DNA of 64,000 nucleotides from an uncultured Gemmatimonadales bacterium (GCA_963771275.1 CAVYSW010000003.1:672001-736000); one strand, 5' to 3'. Positions 28,081 through 38,078 are shown, counted from the first letter of the stretch. Notes: a model not told the origin generated them from the sequence alone. Numbers and translations are program-made.

Positions 28081-28658
28081 TACATCTTCCCCACCACCAC
28101 CGGGACTCTGATCCTCGTCGTCTGCCACTCGAGAACCAGCTGCGCGCCGCCGTCGGGCTGCGGCTCCGCACGAATCGTGAACTGCTCGACCGGCTGCGCC
28201 AGGGTCTCGACCTTCGCCTTGGCGCGGCCCACTTCCTGGGCCTTGACCGAGTCGGTGTAGGTGTTCTCCCGCCCCCATTGCTGATACGAGCGGTTGACGA
28301 TCACGTCCCACTCGGTCTCGCCGGGCACCGTGTACAGGGCGTACATCCCGGCGGGGACCTGGATGCCGCCCACCGAGAGCGGCGCGGTGGCGATCAGCTT
28401 CGTCGTCTCGTTGGCCCCTGTGCGCCACACCTTGCCGTAGGGCACCGCGTCGCCGCCGATCATCGGGCGGCCGTTGAGCGAGGGCCTGCCGTAGCAGATC
28501 CTCACGACGTGGCCCCCGACCTCGAACGATACGGAATCGAGCGGGCTGGGTCTGGTGGCGAGCGCCATGGATTGGCGGTACGGACAGGACAGGTCCTGCG
28601 CGGCGGCGGGCGCCGCAGCCAGGCCGAGCGTGACAATCACCAGCACCAACCGCGTCAT
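28080..28658 (-). CDS. DUF2911 domain secreted protein
   Basis: RPSP, YGRPS, VPYGKVWRTGANETT, QQWG; GGAGGAGG RBS. Confidence 0.92.
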   Translation of the reverse strand: MTRLVLVIVTLGLAAAPAAAQDLSCPYRQSMALATRPSPLDSVSFEVGGHVVRICYGRPSLNGRPMIGGDAVPYGKVWRTGANETTKLIATAPLSVGGIQVPAGMYALYTVPGETEWDVIVNRSYQQWGRENTYTDSVKAQEVGRAKAKVETLAQPVEQFTIRAEPQPDGGAQLVLEWQTTRIRVPVVVGKM

Positions 28659-28831
28659 ACGACCTCCTCCACGTGACAGGACCCGACGCCCGCAATCGTA
28701 GCACGAGCCGGCCTGCAGCGCGACCCCACCCCGGCCCCTCCCCATAACGCTCCCGCCGTCGCAGCTTTCGGCGTCCGGCCCGGCGGACTGCCTCGGGCGG
28801 CTCCGACCACGGCGTCAAGGATGGCGCGTCA

Positions 28832-28905
28832 ACCGCAGAGCGTGCGGAGACGTCGTAGGTGGAACAACCCCCATCCACCTCTGCGATCTCCGCGTTCTCC
28901 GCGGT
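28832..28905. repeat. Palindromic nonamer-unit element, copy 1
   Basis: ACCGCAGAGCGTGCGGAG...CTCTGCGATCTCCGCGTTCTCCGCGGT; homologous to 60486-60566. Confidence 0.8.
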
Positions 28906-28957
28906 GATCATCACTTGGGCGGGTATTGTTGGAACGACACTAGCCGAGGGTCTCCGC

Positions 28958-31900
28958 ATGCAACGGTATCTCCGTCGTTACGTCTGCACGGTCATGCTGC
29001 TGTTCGCAGCCGCCATCACCCCGCGCGCCGGCACCGCTCAGGACGCGAAGCCGGCCAGCACCGTCGGCGCCCAGGGCTTCTATCGGTTCCCCGCGCTGCA
29101 TGGCGACACGATCGTGTTCGCCGCCGAGGGCGACCTCTGGCTGGTGACCGCGGCGGGCGGCGCGGCGCGCCGGCTCACGTCGCACCCAGGGGAAGAGACC
29201 GACCCCGTGATCTCGCCCGACGGGAAGACGCTCGCCTTCACCGCCCGCTACGAGGGCCCGGCGGAGCTGTATACCATGCCGCTCGCGGGCGGCGTCCCCA
29301 CCCGCTGGACCTACGATGCCGAACCCTCGATCGCCAACGCGTGGACGCGCGACGGCGACCTGGTCTACGCGACCTCACGCTACTCGGGGTTCCCCACGAT
29401 CCAGCTCGTAAGGCTTGACCTGGCCGACGGGACGCGCGAGGTGATTCCCCTCTCCGACGCGAGCGAGGCCACGTTCGACGGCACCGGCCGTACGGTCTAC
29501 TTCGTCCGACCCTCGTTCCACAACAACGTGACCAAGCGCTACACCGGCGGCACCGCGCGCGATGTCTGGAAGTTCGCCATGGGCTCGGATGCCGAAGCCG
29601 TCGAGCTCACGGGCGACTACAAGGGCGAGAGCCACACCCCCATGTGGTGGGGCGGGCGCGTGTACTTCGTCTCGGACCGCGACGGGACGATGAACCTGTG
29701 GTCGATGAACGAGACCGGCGGTGACCTGCGCCAGCACACGCACTACAGCGGCTGGGACGTGCGGACGCCCAGCCTGTCGGGCGGGAAAGTCGTCTACCAG
29801 CTGGGCGCGGACCTCCAGCTGTACGACATCGCCTCCGGGCAGGATCGCACGATTCCCGTCACGCTCCCCTCCGATTTCGACCAGCTGCGCGAGAAGTGGG
29901 TGAGCGATCCGATGGAGAATCTCACGGCCGCCCACCTCCACCCGGAGGGCAAGAGCGTCGTGCTCACGACGCGTGGCCGGGTGTTCGTCGCCCCCGCCGG
30001 CCAGGGCCGGCTCGTCCGGGCGTCGCGCGCCGAGGGGGTTCGCTACCGCGACGTGGTGTTCATGCCCGACGGCAAGGCGCTGCTCGGGCTGTCGGATCAC
30101 ACCGGGGAGCTGGAGTTCGTCAGCATCCCCGCCAACGGCGTCGGCGCCGAGACGCGGCTCACGAACGACGGCAAGATCCTCAGGTTCCAGGGTCATCCGT
30201 CGCCCGACGGCAAGTGGATCGCCTATCGCGACAACAACGAGGATCTCTGGGTGCTCGAGACCGCAACCGGGCGCCAGCGCAAGATCTCGGCGCTCCGGGA
30301 GGGGATCGGCGACATGGCCTGGTCGCCCGACAGCCGCTGGCTCGCCTACACCGCCGTGGCGCTCAACACGTTCGCCCAGATCCAGCTGTACGACGCGCAG
30401 TCCGACAAGACCGTGCCCGTCACGAGCGACCGGGTCAACAGTTTCACCCCGGCGTGGTCGCCGGACGGCACGTTCCTCTACTTCCTGTCGGACCGCGACC
30501 TCCAGTCACTGGTCGGCGCCCCGTGGGGCCCACGCCAGCCGGAGCCGTACTTCGACCGGTCGATCGAGATCTTCCACGTGGCACTCGAGCCCGGGAAGCG
30601 CTCGCCGTTCGCGCCCGGCGACGAGCTGGCCACCGCCGACAGCGCGGCGCCCAAGGGTCCAACGCGACAGGGTACGTCCACCGGGCCGGCGCCGAAGCCG
30701 GCGGTGGACGTCGCCGCGATCGCCGGGCGGGTGAAGCGAGTGCCGGTGCCCGCGGGCAACTTCAGCGACCTCGCCGTTGCGGGAGACGCCCTGTACCTCA
30801 CCGCGACCGAATCCGGCCCCGATGCCAAGACGCACCTGGTGGCGGTGAAGGTCGGGAGCGAGCCGAAGGTGCAGACGGTGGTCGAAGACATCCGCTCCTA
30901 CGAGCTGTCGGCGAACGGCAAGAAGCTCCTCGTGCGGAAGGGCAGCGCATTCTACGTCGTGGACGCCAAGCCGGCCCGGATCGCGGACCTGAGCGACGCG
31001 CGTGTCGACCTGAGCGGGCTGACGTTCCCGATCGACGTGCGCGACGACTGGCGACAGATCTTCGTGGACGCGTGGCGGCTCGAGCGCGACTACTTCTACG
31101 ATCCCGGCATGCATGGCGTGGACTGGAACGCGACGCTGAAGAAATACCTGCCGCTGGTGGATCGCACCACCACCCGCGACGAGCTGTCCGACCTGATCGG
31201 CTGGTTCGTGGGCGAGCTGTCGGCGTTGCATACCAGCGTCCGGGGCGGCGACCTGCGCACCGGGCAGGACAACGTCCGGGTCGCGACGCTGGGCGCGCGC
31301 CTGACGCGCGACGCGGCCGCCGGCGGCTATCGGATCGACCACGTCTACCAGTCCGACCCCGACTACCCCGACGAGCTGTCGCCGCTCGCCAACCCCGACC
31401 TCGACGTCCACGCGGGCGACGTGATCGAGGCGGTGAACGGGGTCGCGAGTTTGAGCGTGCCCGACATTGGGGCGCTGCTCCGGAACCAAGCCGGGAAGCA
31501 GGTGCTCCTCTCCGTCCGCTCGGGCGGCGCCGGCGCCACGTCCGCAGGGAAGTCCCGCGAACTCATCGTCGTGCCGGGCACGAACGAATTCGATCTGCGC
31601 TACGGCGACTGGGAGTACGGCCGCCGCCTCAAGGTGGAGGAGGCTGGGGGAGGACAGATCGGCTACGTCCACCTCCGTGCGATGGGCCCGAACGACATCA
31701 CCACGTGGTATCGCAACTTCTACCCCGTGTTCAACCGGCAGGGCTTGATCGTGGACGTGCGGCGGAACGGCGGCGGGAACATCGACAGCGTCATCCTCGA
31801 GAAGCTGATCCGGCGGGCCTGGATGTACTGGAAGGGGCGCGTCGGCGAGCCGTACTGGAACATGCAGTACGCCTTCCGGGGCCACATGGTCGTGCTGGTG

Positions 31901-32284
31901 GACCAGAACACGGCGTCCGACGGCGAAGCGTTCGCCGAGGGGTTCCGGCGCCTCGACCTCGGTGTCGTGATCGGCATGCGCACCTGGGGCGGCGAGATCT
32001 GGCTCGGCTCCGCGAATCGCCTGAGCGACGGAGGGCTCGCGCGCGCGCCAATGAACGGCGTGTACGGCCCCGACGGCAAGTGGTTGATCGAGCAGATCGG
32101 CGTGGTGCCCGACATCGAGGTCGACAACCTGCCGCACGCCACGTTCCAGGGCCAGGACGCGCAGCTCGACGCCGCGGTCAAGTACCTGCTCGACAAGATC
32201 AAGCAGGACCCGCGCCCGGTGCCGACCGCGCCGCCGTACCCGAATCGGCGGTTCGACTACAAGCCGGATGGATCGCGACACTGA
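28958..32284 (+). CDS. Tricorn protease homolog (peptidase S41)
   Basis: Signal peptide, WSPD beta-propeller repeats, GELSALH, PDZ region, DVRRNGGG, ASDGE, RTWGG. Confidence 0.95.
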   Translation: MQRYLRRYVCTVMLLFAAAITPRAGTAQDAKPASTVGAQGFYRFPALHGDTIVFAAEGDLWLVTAAGGAARRLTSHPGEETDPVISPDGKTLAFTARYEGPAELYTMPLAGGVPTRWTYDAEPSIANAWTRDGDLVYATSRYSGFPTIQLVRLDLADGTREVIPLSDASEATFDGTGRTVYFVRPSFHNNVTKRYTGGTARDVWKFAMGSDAEAVELTGDYKGESHTPMWWGGRVYFVSDRDGTMNLWSMNETGGDLRQHTHYSGWDVRTPSLSGGKVVYQLGADLQLYDIASGQDRTIPVTLPSDFDQLREKWVSDPMENLTAAHLHPEGKSVVLTTRGRVFVAPAGQGRLVRASRAEGVRYRDVVFMPDGKALLGLSDHTGELEFVSIPANGVGAETRLTNDGKILRFQGHPSPDGKWIAYRDNNEDLWVLETATGRQRKISALREGIGDMAWSPDSRWLAYTAVALNTFAQIQLYDAQSDKTVPVTSDRVNSFTPAWSPDGTFLYFLSDRDLQSLVGAPWGPRQPEPYFDRSIEIFHVALEPGKRSPFAPGDELATADSAAPKGPTRQGTSTGPAPKPAVDVAAIAGRVKRVPVPAGNFSDLAVAGDALYLTATESGPDAKTHLVAVKVGSEPKVQTVVEDIRSYELSANGKKLLVRKGSAFYVVDAKPARIADLSDARVDLSGLTFPIDVRDDWRQIFVDAWRLERDYFYDPGMHGVDWNATLKKYLPLVDRTTTRDELSDLIGWFVGELSALHTSVRGGDLRTGQDNVRVATLGARLTRDAAAGGYRIDHVYQSDPDYPDELSPLANPDLDVHAGDVIEAVNGVASLSVPDIGALLRNQAGKQVLLSVRSGGAGATSAGKSRELIVVPGTNEFDLRYGDWEYGRRLKVEEAGGGQIGYVHLRAMGPNDITTWYRNFYPVFNRQGLIVDVRRNGGGNIDSVILEKLIRRAWMYWKGRVGEPYWNMQYAFRGHMVVLVDQNTASDGEAFAEGFRRLDLGVVIGMRTWGGEIWLGSANRLSDGGLARAPMNGVYGPDGKWLIEQIGVVPDIEVDNLPHATFQGQDAQLDAAVKYLLDKIKQDPRPVPTAPPYPNRRFDYKPDGSRH

Positions 32285-32293
32285 GCGACTTGG

Positions 32294-32419
32294 GTGAAAA
32301 GTGAGCAGTGAAAAGTGAAAAGCGCTGCCGCTGCGGGCTCCTCGGAGCGTGGCCACCGCGAGGATTGGCCGTCGCAGAATGCCGGTTTCCCTTTTCCCGT
32401 CCTTCTTTTCACTTTTCAC
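32294..32419. repeat. Heptamer palindromic element E1: (GTGAAAA-like)4 ... (TTTTCAC)2
   Basis: GTGAAAA GTGAGCA GTGAAAA GTGAAAA at 32294-32321; TTTTCAC x2 at 32406-32419. Confidence 0.88.
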
Positions 32420-32445
32420 TTTCTTCCACGTAGCGAGATGACGTC

Positions 32446-34143
32446 ATGAAACCCCGCTCGCCTCTCCTCCTCGCCGTCGCGCTCCTCGCCGCCGCCTGCG
32501 GCCCCGCGCGATCCGGCTCCGCCCCGTACGACATCGTGATCGAGCACGGCCGCATCGTCGACGGAACGGGCTCCCCCTGGTACGCGGGCGATGTCGCGAT
32601 CCGCGGCGGCCGGATCGCGGCCATCGGCCGCCTCGCCAACGCGCCCGCGACCGCCCGGATCGACGCGCGCGGCATGGTCGTGGCCCCCGGGTTCATCGAC
32701 ATGCTGGGCCAGTCGGATCTCACGATCCTCGTGAACCCGCACCTTCCCTCCAAGATCTTCCAGGGGATCACCACCGAGATCACGGGCGAAGGCGGCTCGG
32801 TGGCGCCGCTCAACGACACGATCGTCACGGCGGATCACGTCTACTACGAGCACCTCGGCATCACCCCCGACTGGCGCACGCTCGACCAGTATTTCGCGCG
32901 GCTCGAGCGCCAGGGAATCGGCATCAACTTCGCGACCTACGTGGGGGCGACGCAGGTGCGGCGGATGGTGCTGGGGGACGTCGATCGGGCGCCCACCCCC
33001 GAGCAGCTCCAGCAGATGCAGGACTTGGTGCGCGACGGCATGCGGCAGGGCGCCGTCGGGGTCTCGACTTCGCTGCAGTACGCGCCCGCGCCCTACGCCA
33101 GCACCGCGGAGTTGATCGCACTCGCCTCCGCGGCGGCGGAGTTCGGCGGCATCTACGCCACGCACCTGCGCTCGGAGGGCAACGCCGTGCTGCCGGCGCT
33201 CGACGAGGCAATTCGCATCGGCCGCGAGGCGAGCATCCCGGTCGAGATCTGGCACCTCAAGGCGGCCGGCAAGTCCAACTGGGGCCGGATGGGCGAGATC
33301 GTGGCGAAGATCGACAGCGCCAGGCAGAGCGGCGTGGACGTCACCGCCGACACCTACGCCTACACCGCCTGGTTCAACTCGCTGTCGGCGTTCGTGCCCC
33401 CGTGGGCCCACGACGGGGGAGACGCCAAGATGCTGGAGCGGCTCAAGGACCACGAGATGCGCCAGCGCATTCGCCAGGACATGCTCACGCCCAGCGCCGA
33501 ATGGGACAACGAGTGGCAGGAGATCCCGGGGCCGGAGGCGGTACTGATCAGCGCCGTCCACAACCCGGCGCTGCTGCCGCTTCAGGGGAAACGCCTCGAC
33601 GAAGTCGCGCAGCTCCGCGACAAGGACGCGATCGAGACGTTGCTCGACATTCTCGTCGCGGACGACGCGTACACGTCGGCCGCCGTCTCCGGCATGGCGC
33701 AGCCGGACGTCACGCTCGCCCTTGTCCAGCCGTGGACCTCGGTGGACAACGACTCCCAGGGAACGGCGCCGGACGGCGTGCTCGGCAAGGAGCATCCGCA
33801 CCCCCGCGCATACGGCACGTTCCCGCGCATCCTCAGGAAGTACGTGCGCGAGGAGCACGTGCTCACGCTGGAGGACGCGATCCGGAAGTTCAGCGCGCTG
33901 CCGGCCCAACGGATGCGCCTGACGGACCGCGGCGTGCTGAAGCAGGGCATGTGGGCGGACGTCGTCGTATTCGACCCGGAGCGGATCCGCGACCTCGCGA
34001 CCTTCGAGAACCCCAACCAGCTCTCGGTCGGGATGGCGTACGTGCTGGTGAACGGCGTACCCGTGATTGCGGGCGGCAGGGCGACAGACGCGCTGCCGGG
34101 GAAGGTGCTGCGGGGACCGGGGTACCGGGAGAGCGAGCGGTAG
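32446..34143 (+). CDS. D-aminoacylase (N-acyl-D-amino-acid deacylase) family lipoprotein
   Basis: LLAAA-C lipobox; IVDGTG, APGFID, HPRAYGTFPR, ADVVVFDP. Confidence 0.92.
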   Translation: MKPRSPLLLAVALLAAACGPARSGSAPYDIVIEHGRIVDGTGSPWYAGDVAIRGGRIAAIGRLANAPATARIDARGMVVAPGFIDMLGQSDLTILVNPHLPSKIFQGITTEITGEGGSVAPLNDTIVTADHVYYEHLGITPDWRTLDQYFARLERQGIGINFATYVGATQVRRMVLGDVDRAPTPEQLQQMQDLVRDGMRQGAVGVSTSLQYAPAPYASTAELIALASAAAEFGGIYATHLRSEGNAVLPALDEAIRIGREASIPVEIWHLKAAGKSNWGRMGEIVAKIDSARQSGVDVTADTYAYTAWFNSLSAFVPPWAHDGGDAKMLERLKDHEMRQRIRQDMLTPSAEWDNEWQEIPGPEAVLISAVHNPALLPLQGKRLDEVAQLRDKDAIETLLDILVADDAYTSAAVSGMAQPDVTLALVQPWTSVDNDSQGTAPDGVLGKEHPHPRAYGTFPRILRKYVREEHVLTLEDAIRKFSALPAQRMRLTDRGVLKQGMWADVVVFDPERIRDLATFENPNQLSVGMAYVLVNGVPVIAGGRATDALPGKVLRGPGYRESER

Positions 34144-34212
34144 CGCCGATTCATCGGCAGAGTCGAGGGGGCGGCCCGCGGGCCGCCCCTGTCGCTGCCG
34201 GCTGTCGATCTC

Positions 34213-34500
34213 CTACCGTCTCATCTCCCATGGCACGTTGACGATCTTCCACTCGCCGTTCCACTTCGCGACCTGGAGATAGTCGATCCAGTCGCGTGCG
34301 ACCACCTTCACGACCGCCGCGTTGCGGAACCCGTCGAGAATCGTGACGTCACGCTGCCGCTCGGCATCACCCGTGTACCAGCCCTCGATGTAGTCGAGCG
34401 CGGTGGCCCGAATCGCCGCCGAATCGGCCGCCGCCTGCGCGCGGAGCGTGGAAGGGAGCCCGGTACACGCAACGAGCAGAGCAATCAGGATGGAACGCAT
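34213..34500 (-). pseudogene. NTF2-like (lumazine-binding-like) secreted protein with an apparent in-frame internal deletion
   Basis: AIRATALDYIEGWYTGDAER joins directly to QRDVTILD...WIDYL...GEWKIVNV; only 95 aa including the signal peptide. Confidence 0.65.
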
Positions 34501-34596
34501 TGGTGATCTCCGGGAATGGTCGCTACGGACTCAACGGGAGGCCCGGCGCGGAGGTTTCGGATGCGGAGCCGGACCACGGCGGGCCCCGCTCGGGTG

Positions 34597-35439
34597 CTAC
34601 AGCGGAATCGAGAGGTCGAGCCGGATGCTCACCGCGCGGGCGGAGTGGGTGAGGGCGCCGATCGAGATGTAGCGCGCTCCAGCCCGGGCGTAGGCCGCAG
34701 CGGACTCGGGCGTGATGCCGCCCGACGCCTCGATCGCGACGCCGGGACCGACCCGTCGCACCCAGGCGGCCACGCGCTCCGGCGCCTGGTTGTCGACCAG
34801 CACGCGGCGCGCGCCGGCCGCCAGCGCCGCTGCGAGCTGGGCATCGCTCTCCACCTCGACCGTGACGGGCGTGTCGGCGGGCACCGCCGCCAGCACCTCG
34901 CGCAGCTCCCGGCCGCCCCGCGCCAGCAACTGCCAATGGTTGTCCTTCCAGAGCACCGCATCCGCCAGCGAGAGGCGGTGATTGACCCCGCCGCCCGTGC
35001 GGACGGCGTACTTCTCGAGTGCCCGGAGACCGGGCGTCGTCTTGCGCGTGTCGGTGATCTCGGCGCCCGTTCCGGCGACCGCGTCCACCGCCCGCCGGGT
35101 GAGCGTCGCGATCCCGCTCAGCCGCTGCAGGAAGTTGAGCGCCACCCGCTCACCGGCGAGCAGCGCACGGGCGCGCCCGCGCACGATCGCGATGACGCCG
35201 CCCGGAGCGGCGCGCGCGCCGTCCGGGACCTGCTCCGTGAATTCGACGGTGGGATCGATCTGGCGAAACACCCCGCGCGCCACCGGGCAGCCGGCCACGA
35301 CGCAGGACTCTTCGGCAATGAACCGGCCGACGGCGGGGGTGTCCGCAAGCGCTCCGAGCAGCGCGGTGGTGACGTCGCGGGACGCGGCATCCTCCGCGAG
35401 CGCCCGCCGGACTTCGCCTTGGCCGAGGTCGTCAGCCAA
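34597..35439 (-). CDS. nadC: Quinolinate phosphoribosyltransferase
   Basis: ERVALNFLQRLSGIAT, DTRKTTPG, NHR, KDNH, VEVE, EASGG. Confidence 0.96.
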   Translation of the reverse strand: MADDLGQGEVRRALAEDAASRDVTTALLGALADTPAVGRFIAEESCVVAGCPVARGVFRQIDPTVEFTEQVPDGARAAPGGVIAIVRGRARALLAGERVALNFLQRLSGIATLTRRAVDAVAGTGAEITDTRKTTPGLRALEKYAVRTGGGVNHRLSLADAVLWKDNHWQLLARGGRELREVLAAVPADTPVTVEVESDAQLAAALAAGARRVLVDNQAPERVAAWVRRVGPGVAIEASGGITPESAAAYARAGARYISIGALTHSARAVSIRLDLSIPL

Positions 35440-36397
35440 TCGCGAGCATCCGGCCGATGGCGCGCCGGGCCCGGGCGGCGGTTTCCTCCGGCACCGTCAC
35501 CCGGTGCTTCAGGTCCCGCAACGAGTCGCGGAGCTTCTCCAGCGTGATCAGCTTCATGTAGTGGCACTCGGCTTCTTCGGCCACCGCATAGAACGTCTTC
35601 CGGGGGTTGTCTTTGCGCAGCCGGTGGAGCACCCCGGTCTCGGTCGCGATCACGAAGGTCTTCGCGTCGGACGCGCGCGCGCGCTGCATCATCTGCTCCG
35701 TCGAGCAGACGTGCATCCGGTTGCCGTTGAGTGATCCTTCGTGATTGAGGTAGTAGAGCGCGCTCGAGATGCAGCCGCATTCCGGGTGGATCAGCAGCTC
35801 GGCGTCCGGCATCTCCCGGCGCTTGGCCTCCACCGCGTCCGGCGTGAGCCCCGCGTGCACGTGGCATTCGCCCAGCCAGATGTCGATGTCCCGGCCCGTG
35901 ACTTCCTTGACGTAGTTCCCGAGAAAGAAATCGGGCAAGAACAGCACCGGGACGCCGGGGGGAAGCGACTTGACGATCGCGACCGCATTGCCCGACGTGC
36001 AGCAGTAGTCCGCCTCGGCCTTCACCGCCGCGCTGGTGTTGACGTAGCACACGACGAGGCCGTCCGGGTGCTGATCGCGCCAGCGCCGCACGTCGCGCGC
36101 CTGGATCGTGTCGGCGAGCGAGCAGCCCGCCGCCGGGTCGGGGATGAGCACCGTCTTCCCCGGGTTCGAGATCGCGGCCGTCTCCGCCATGAAGTACACG
36201 CCGCACAGCACGATCAGGTCGCCGTCGACCTGGGTGCCCTGCCGGGCGAGCTTCAGCGAATCGGCGACGACGTCCGCAAGGTCCTGGATCTCCGGGATCT
36301 GATAGTTGTGCGACAGAATCACGGCGCCGCGCTCGGCCTTGAGCGAGCGGATCTCCGCGATGAGGGCGGCGGTATCCGAGGGGGCGACCGTCGTCAT
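35432..36397 (-). CDS. nadA: Quinolinate synthase
   Basis: HNYQ, CGVYFMAE, GCSLA, YVNTSA, CHVH, HPEC, CHYMK. Confidence 0.96.
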   Translation of the reverse strand: MTTVAPSDTAALIAEIRSLKAERGAVILSHNYQIPEIQDLADVVADSLKLARQGTQVDGDLIVLCGVYFMAETAAISNPGKTVLIPDPAAGCSLADTIQARDVRRWRDQHPDGLVVCYVNTSAAVKAEADYCCTSGNAVAIVKSLPPGVPVLFLPDFFLGNYVKEVTGRDIDIWLGECHVHAGLTPDAVEAKRREMPDAELLIHPECGCISSALYYLNHEGSLNGNRMHVCSTEQMMQRARASDAKTFVIATETGVLHRLRKDNPRKTFYAVAEEAECHYMKLITLEKLRDSLRDLKHRVTVPEETAARARRAIGRMLAIG

Positions 36398-36483
36398 AGG
36401 CTGAGAAACGTAGGAGGAGAAGGCATGGAGCGGTACCCTCCGCCGGGGGGGAGGGTTCCGCGCCGTCCGCCGCCCCCCCCCGC

Positions 36484-37044
36484 TCAGGAGGCCAGCGCCT
36501 CGATCTCCTTCGCCGCGCGGTCGAGGATCTCGCCGATCTGCTTGGCGCGCTCGACGTCGTCGCCCAGTCGCCAGGCCGCCTTGTAGGCCTGCGAGACGAC
36601 GCGTCCCACGGCGCGGTTCACCTCCGGCATCGGCTCGCTTACCACACGCTCGATCGTGTCCGCGATCCGCTCGAAGATGTCCTCCACCGTGCTCTTATGC
36701 TCGTCGAGAAACGCGCGGCCGGCGTCGGTGACCTCGTAGACCTTCTTCCCCTCGACGTCCTTCGCCGTGACCAGGCCCTCGTCCTCGAGCCACTGCAGCG
36801 TGGGGTAGACCGTGCCGGGCGAGGGCTTGTAGCAGCCGCGCGTCCGCTCCTCCAGCGCTTTCATCACTTCGTAGCCGTGCATCGGCTTGTCGCGCAGCAG
36901 CTTGAGGATCACGTACTTCATGTCACCGGACTCGAACCACTGCCCGCGCCAGCGATGACCGCGATGGCCGCGGGCCTGGGTCCCCGCGCCAAACCCGAAG
37001 CCGAACGGGAACCCGAAGAAGTCCCAATCAGAGCGCCTCGTCAT
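36484..37044 (-). CDS. PadR family transcriptional regulator
   Basis: PMHGYEVM, PSPGTVYPTLQWLEDEG, KKVYEVTDAG. Confidence 0.93.
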   Translation of the reverse strand: MTRRSDWDFFGFPFGFGFGAGTQARGHRGHRWRGQWFESGDMKYVILKLLRDKPMHGYEVMKALEERTRGCYKPSPGTVYPTLQWLEDEGLVTAKDVEGKKVYEVTDAGRAFLDEHKSTVEDIFERIADTIERVVSEPMPEVNRAVGRVVSQAYKAAWRLGDDVERAKQIGEILDRAAKEIEALAS

Positions 37045-37060
37045 ATATCCTCCGACATTA

Positions 37061-37099
37061 CGTAAGATGTATCGACAAGATACATCTTACGATATATCG
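37061..37099. promoter_or_regulatory. Perfect 13-bp inverted repeat plus CGATATATCG palindrome, probable PadR operator
   Basis: CGTAAGATGTATC-GACAA-GATACATCTTACG just upstream of padR. Confidence 0.7.
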
Positions 37100-37125
37100 C
37101 GGTAGCAGTCAAGCGACCCCGTGGC

Positions 37126-37157
37126 CTTGACGGCAGTGTATCATACTGATATCATAT
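37126..37157 (+). promoter_or_regulatory. Promoter/operator of the SPFH operon with repeated TATCA
   Basis: TTGACG followed by GTGTATCATACTGATATCATAT. Confidence 0.5.
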
Positions 37158-37185
37158 AGCTACCAACCCTTGCTGAGGAAACTCC

Positions 37186-38055
37186 ATGATCCGCGAGATC
37201 AAGCACGACGCGCAGTCCGGCCTCGTCTGGCTGCTGGGCCTCATTCTGGCGACGGGGGCCGACATCTTCGCGTTCGTGCGGTCGATCCAGCTGCAGCAGG
37301 TGCCGCTCATCGTCGCGGCGATCGTCGCGTTCGTCGTCCTGATGATCCTGTTCGGCGGCCTGTTCGTCGTGCACCCCAACGAAGCCAAGGTATTGCAGCT
37401 CTTCGGGCGTTACGTCGGCACCGTGCACGAGCCCGGGCTCAGGTTCGCCAATCCGTTCTTCACCAAACGGAAGATCTCCGTGCGGGTCCGCAACTTCGAG
37501 ACGACCAAGCTCAAGGTGAACGACAAGCGCGGCACCCCGATCGAGATCGCGGCGGTCGTGGTCTGGAAGGTCGTCGACAGCGCCGAGGCGTTCTTCGAGG
37601 TGGACAACTTCGAAGACTACATCCACGTCCAGAGCGAATCCGCGGTCCGGGGGATGGCAACCGACTATCCCTACGACACGTACACCGAGGGCGAGGTCTC
37701 GCTCACCGGCCACCTCAGCGAGATCGCGGAGCGCCTGCAGAAGGAGATCCAGGACCGGCTGGAAAAGGCGGGCATCAAGGTGCTCGAGGCCCGGATCACC
37801 CACCTGGCCTACGCACCGGAGATCGCGGGGCCCATGCTCCAGCGCCAGCAGGCGACCGCGATCATCGCGGCCCGGCAGAAGATCGTGGAGGGCGCGGTCG
37901 GCATGGTCGAGATGGCCCTCGAGATGCTCAGCAAGCAGAACATCGTCCGGCTCGACGAGGAGCGAAAGGCTGCGATGGTGAGCAACCTGCTCGTCGTGCT
38001 GTGTTCCGACCGCGCCGCGACGCCGGTGGTGAACGCCGGCTCGCTCTACACGTGA
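37186..38055 (+). CDS. SPFH/Band 7 domain membrane protein
   Basis: Two TMs, [37 protein letters not shown]. Confidence 0.93.
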   Translation: MIREIKHDAQSGLVWLLGLILATGADIFAFVRSIQLQQVPLIVAAIVAFVVLMILFGGLFVVHPNEAKVLQLFGRYVGTVHEPGLRFANPFFTKRKISVRVRNFETTKLKVNDKRGTPIEIAAVVVWKVVDSAEAFFEVDNFEDYIHVQSESAVRGMATDYPYDTYTEGEVSLTGHLSEIAERLQKEIQDRLEKAGIKVLEARITHLAYAPEIAGPMLQRQQATAIIAARQKIVEGAVGMVEMALEMLSKQNIVRLDEERKAAMVSNLLVVLCSDRAATPVVNAGSLYT

Positions 38056-38078
38056 CGGGGGCAGGGCGGTGAGGCGAC

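Noticed and set aside
36398..36483. Possible NAD riboswitch upstream of nadA
   Set aside because: Only an 86-bp gap with one GC hairpin; no tandem aptamer pattern recognisable. An Rfam/Infernal scan would settle it
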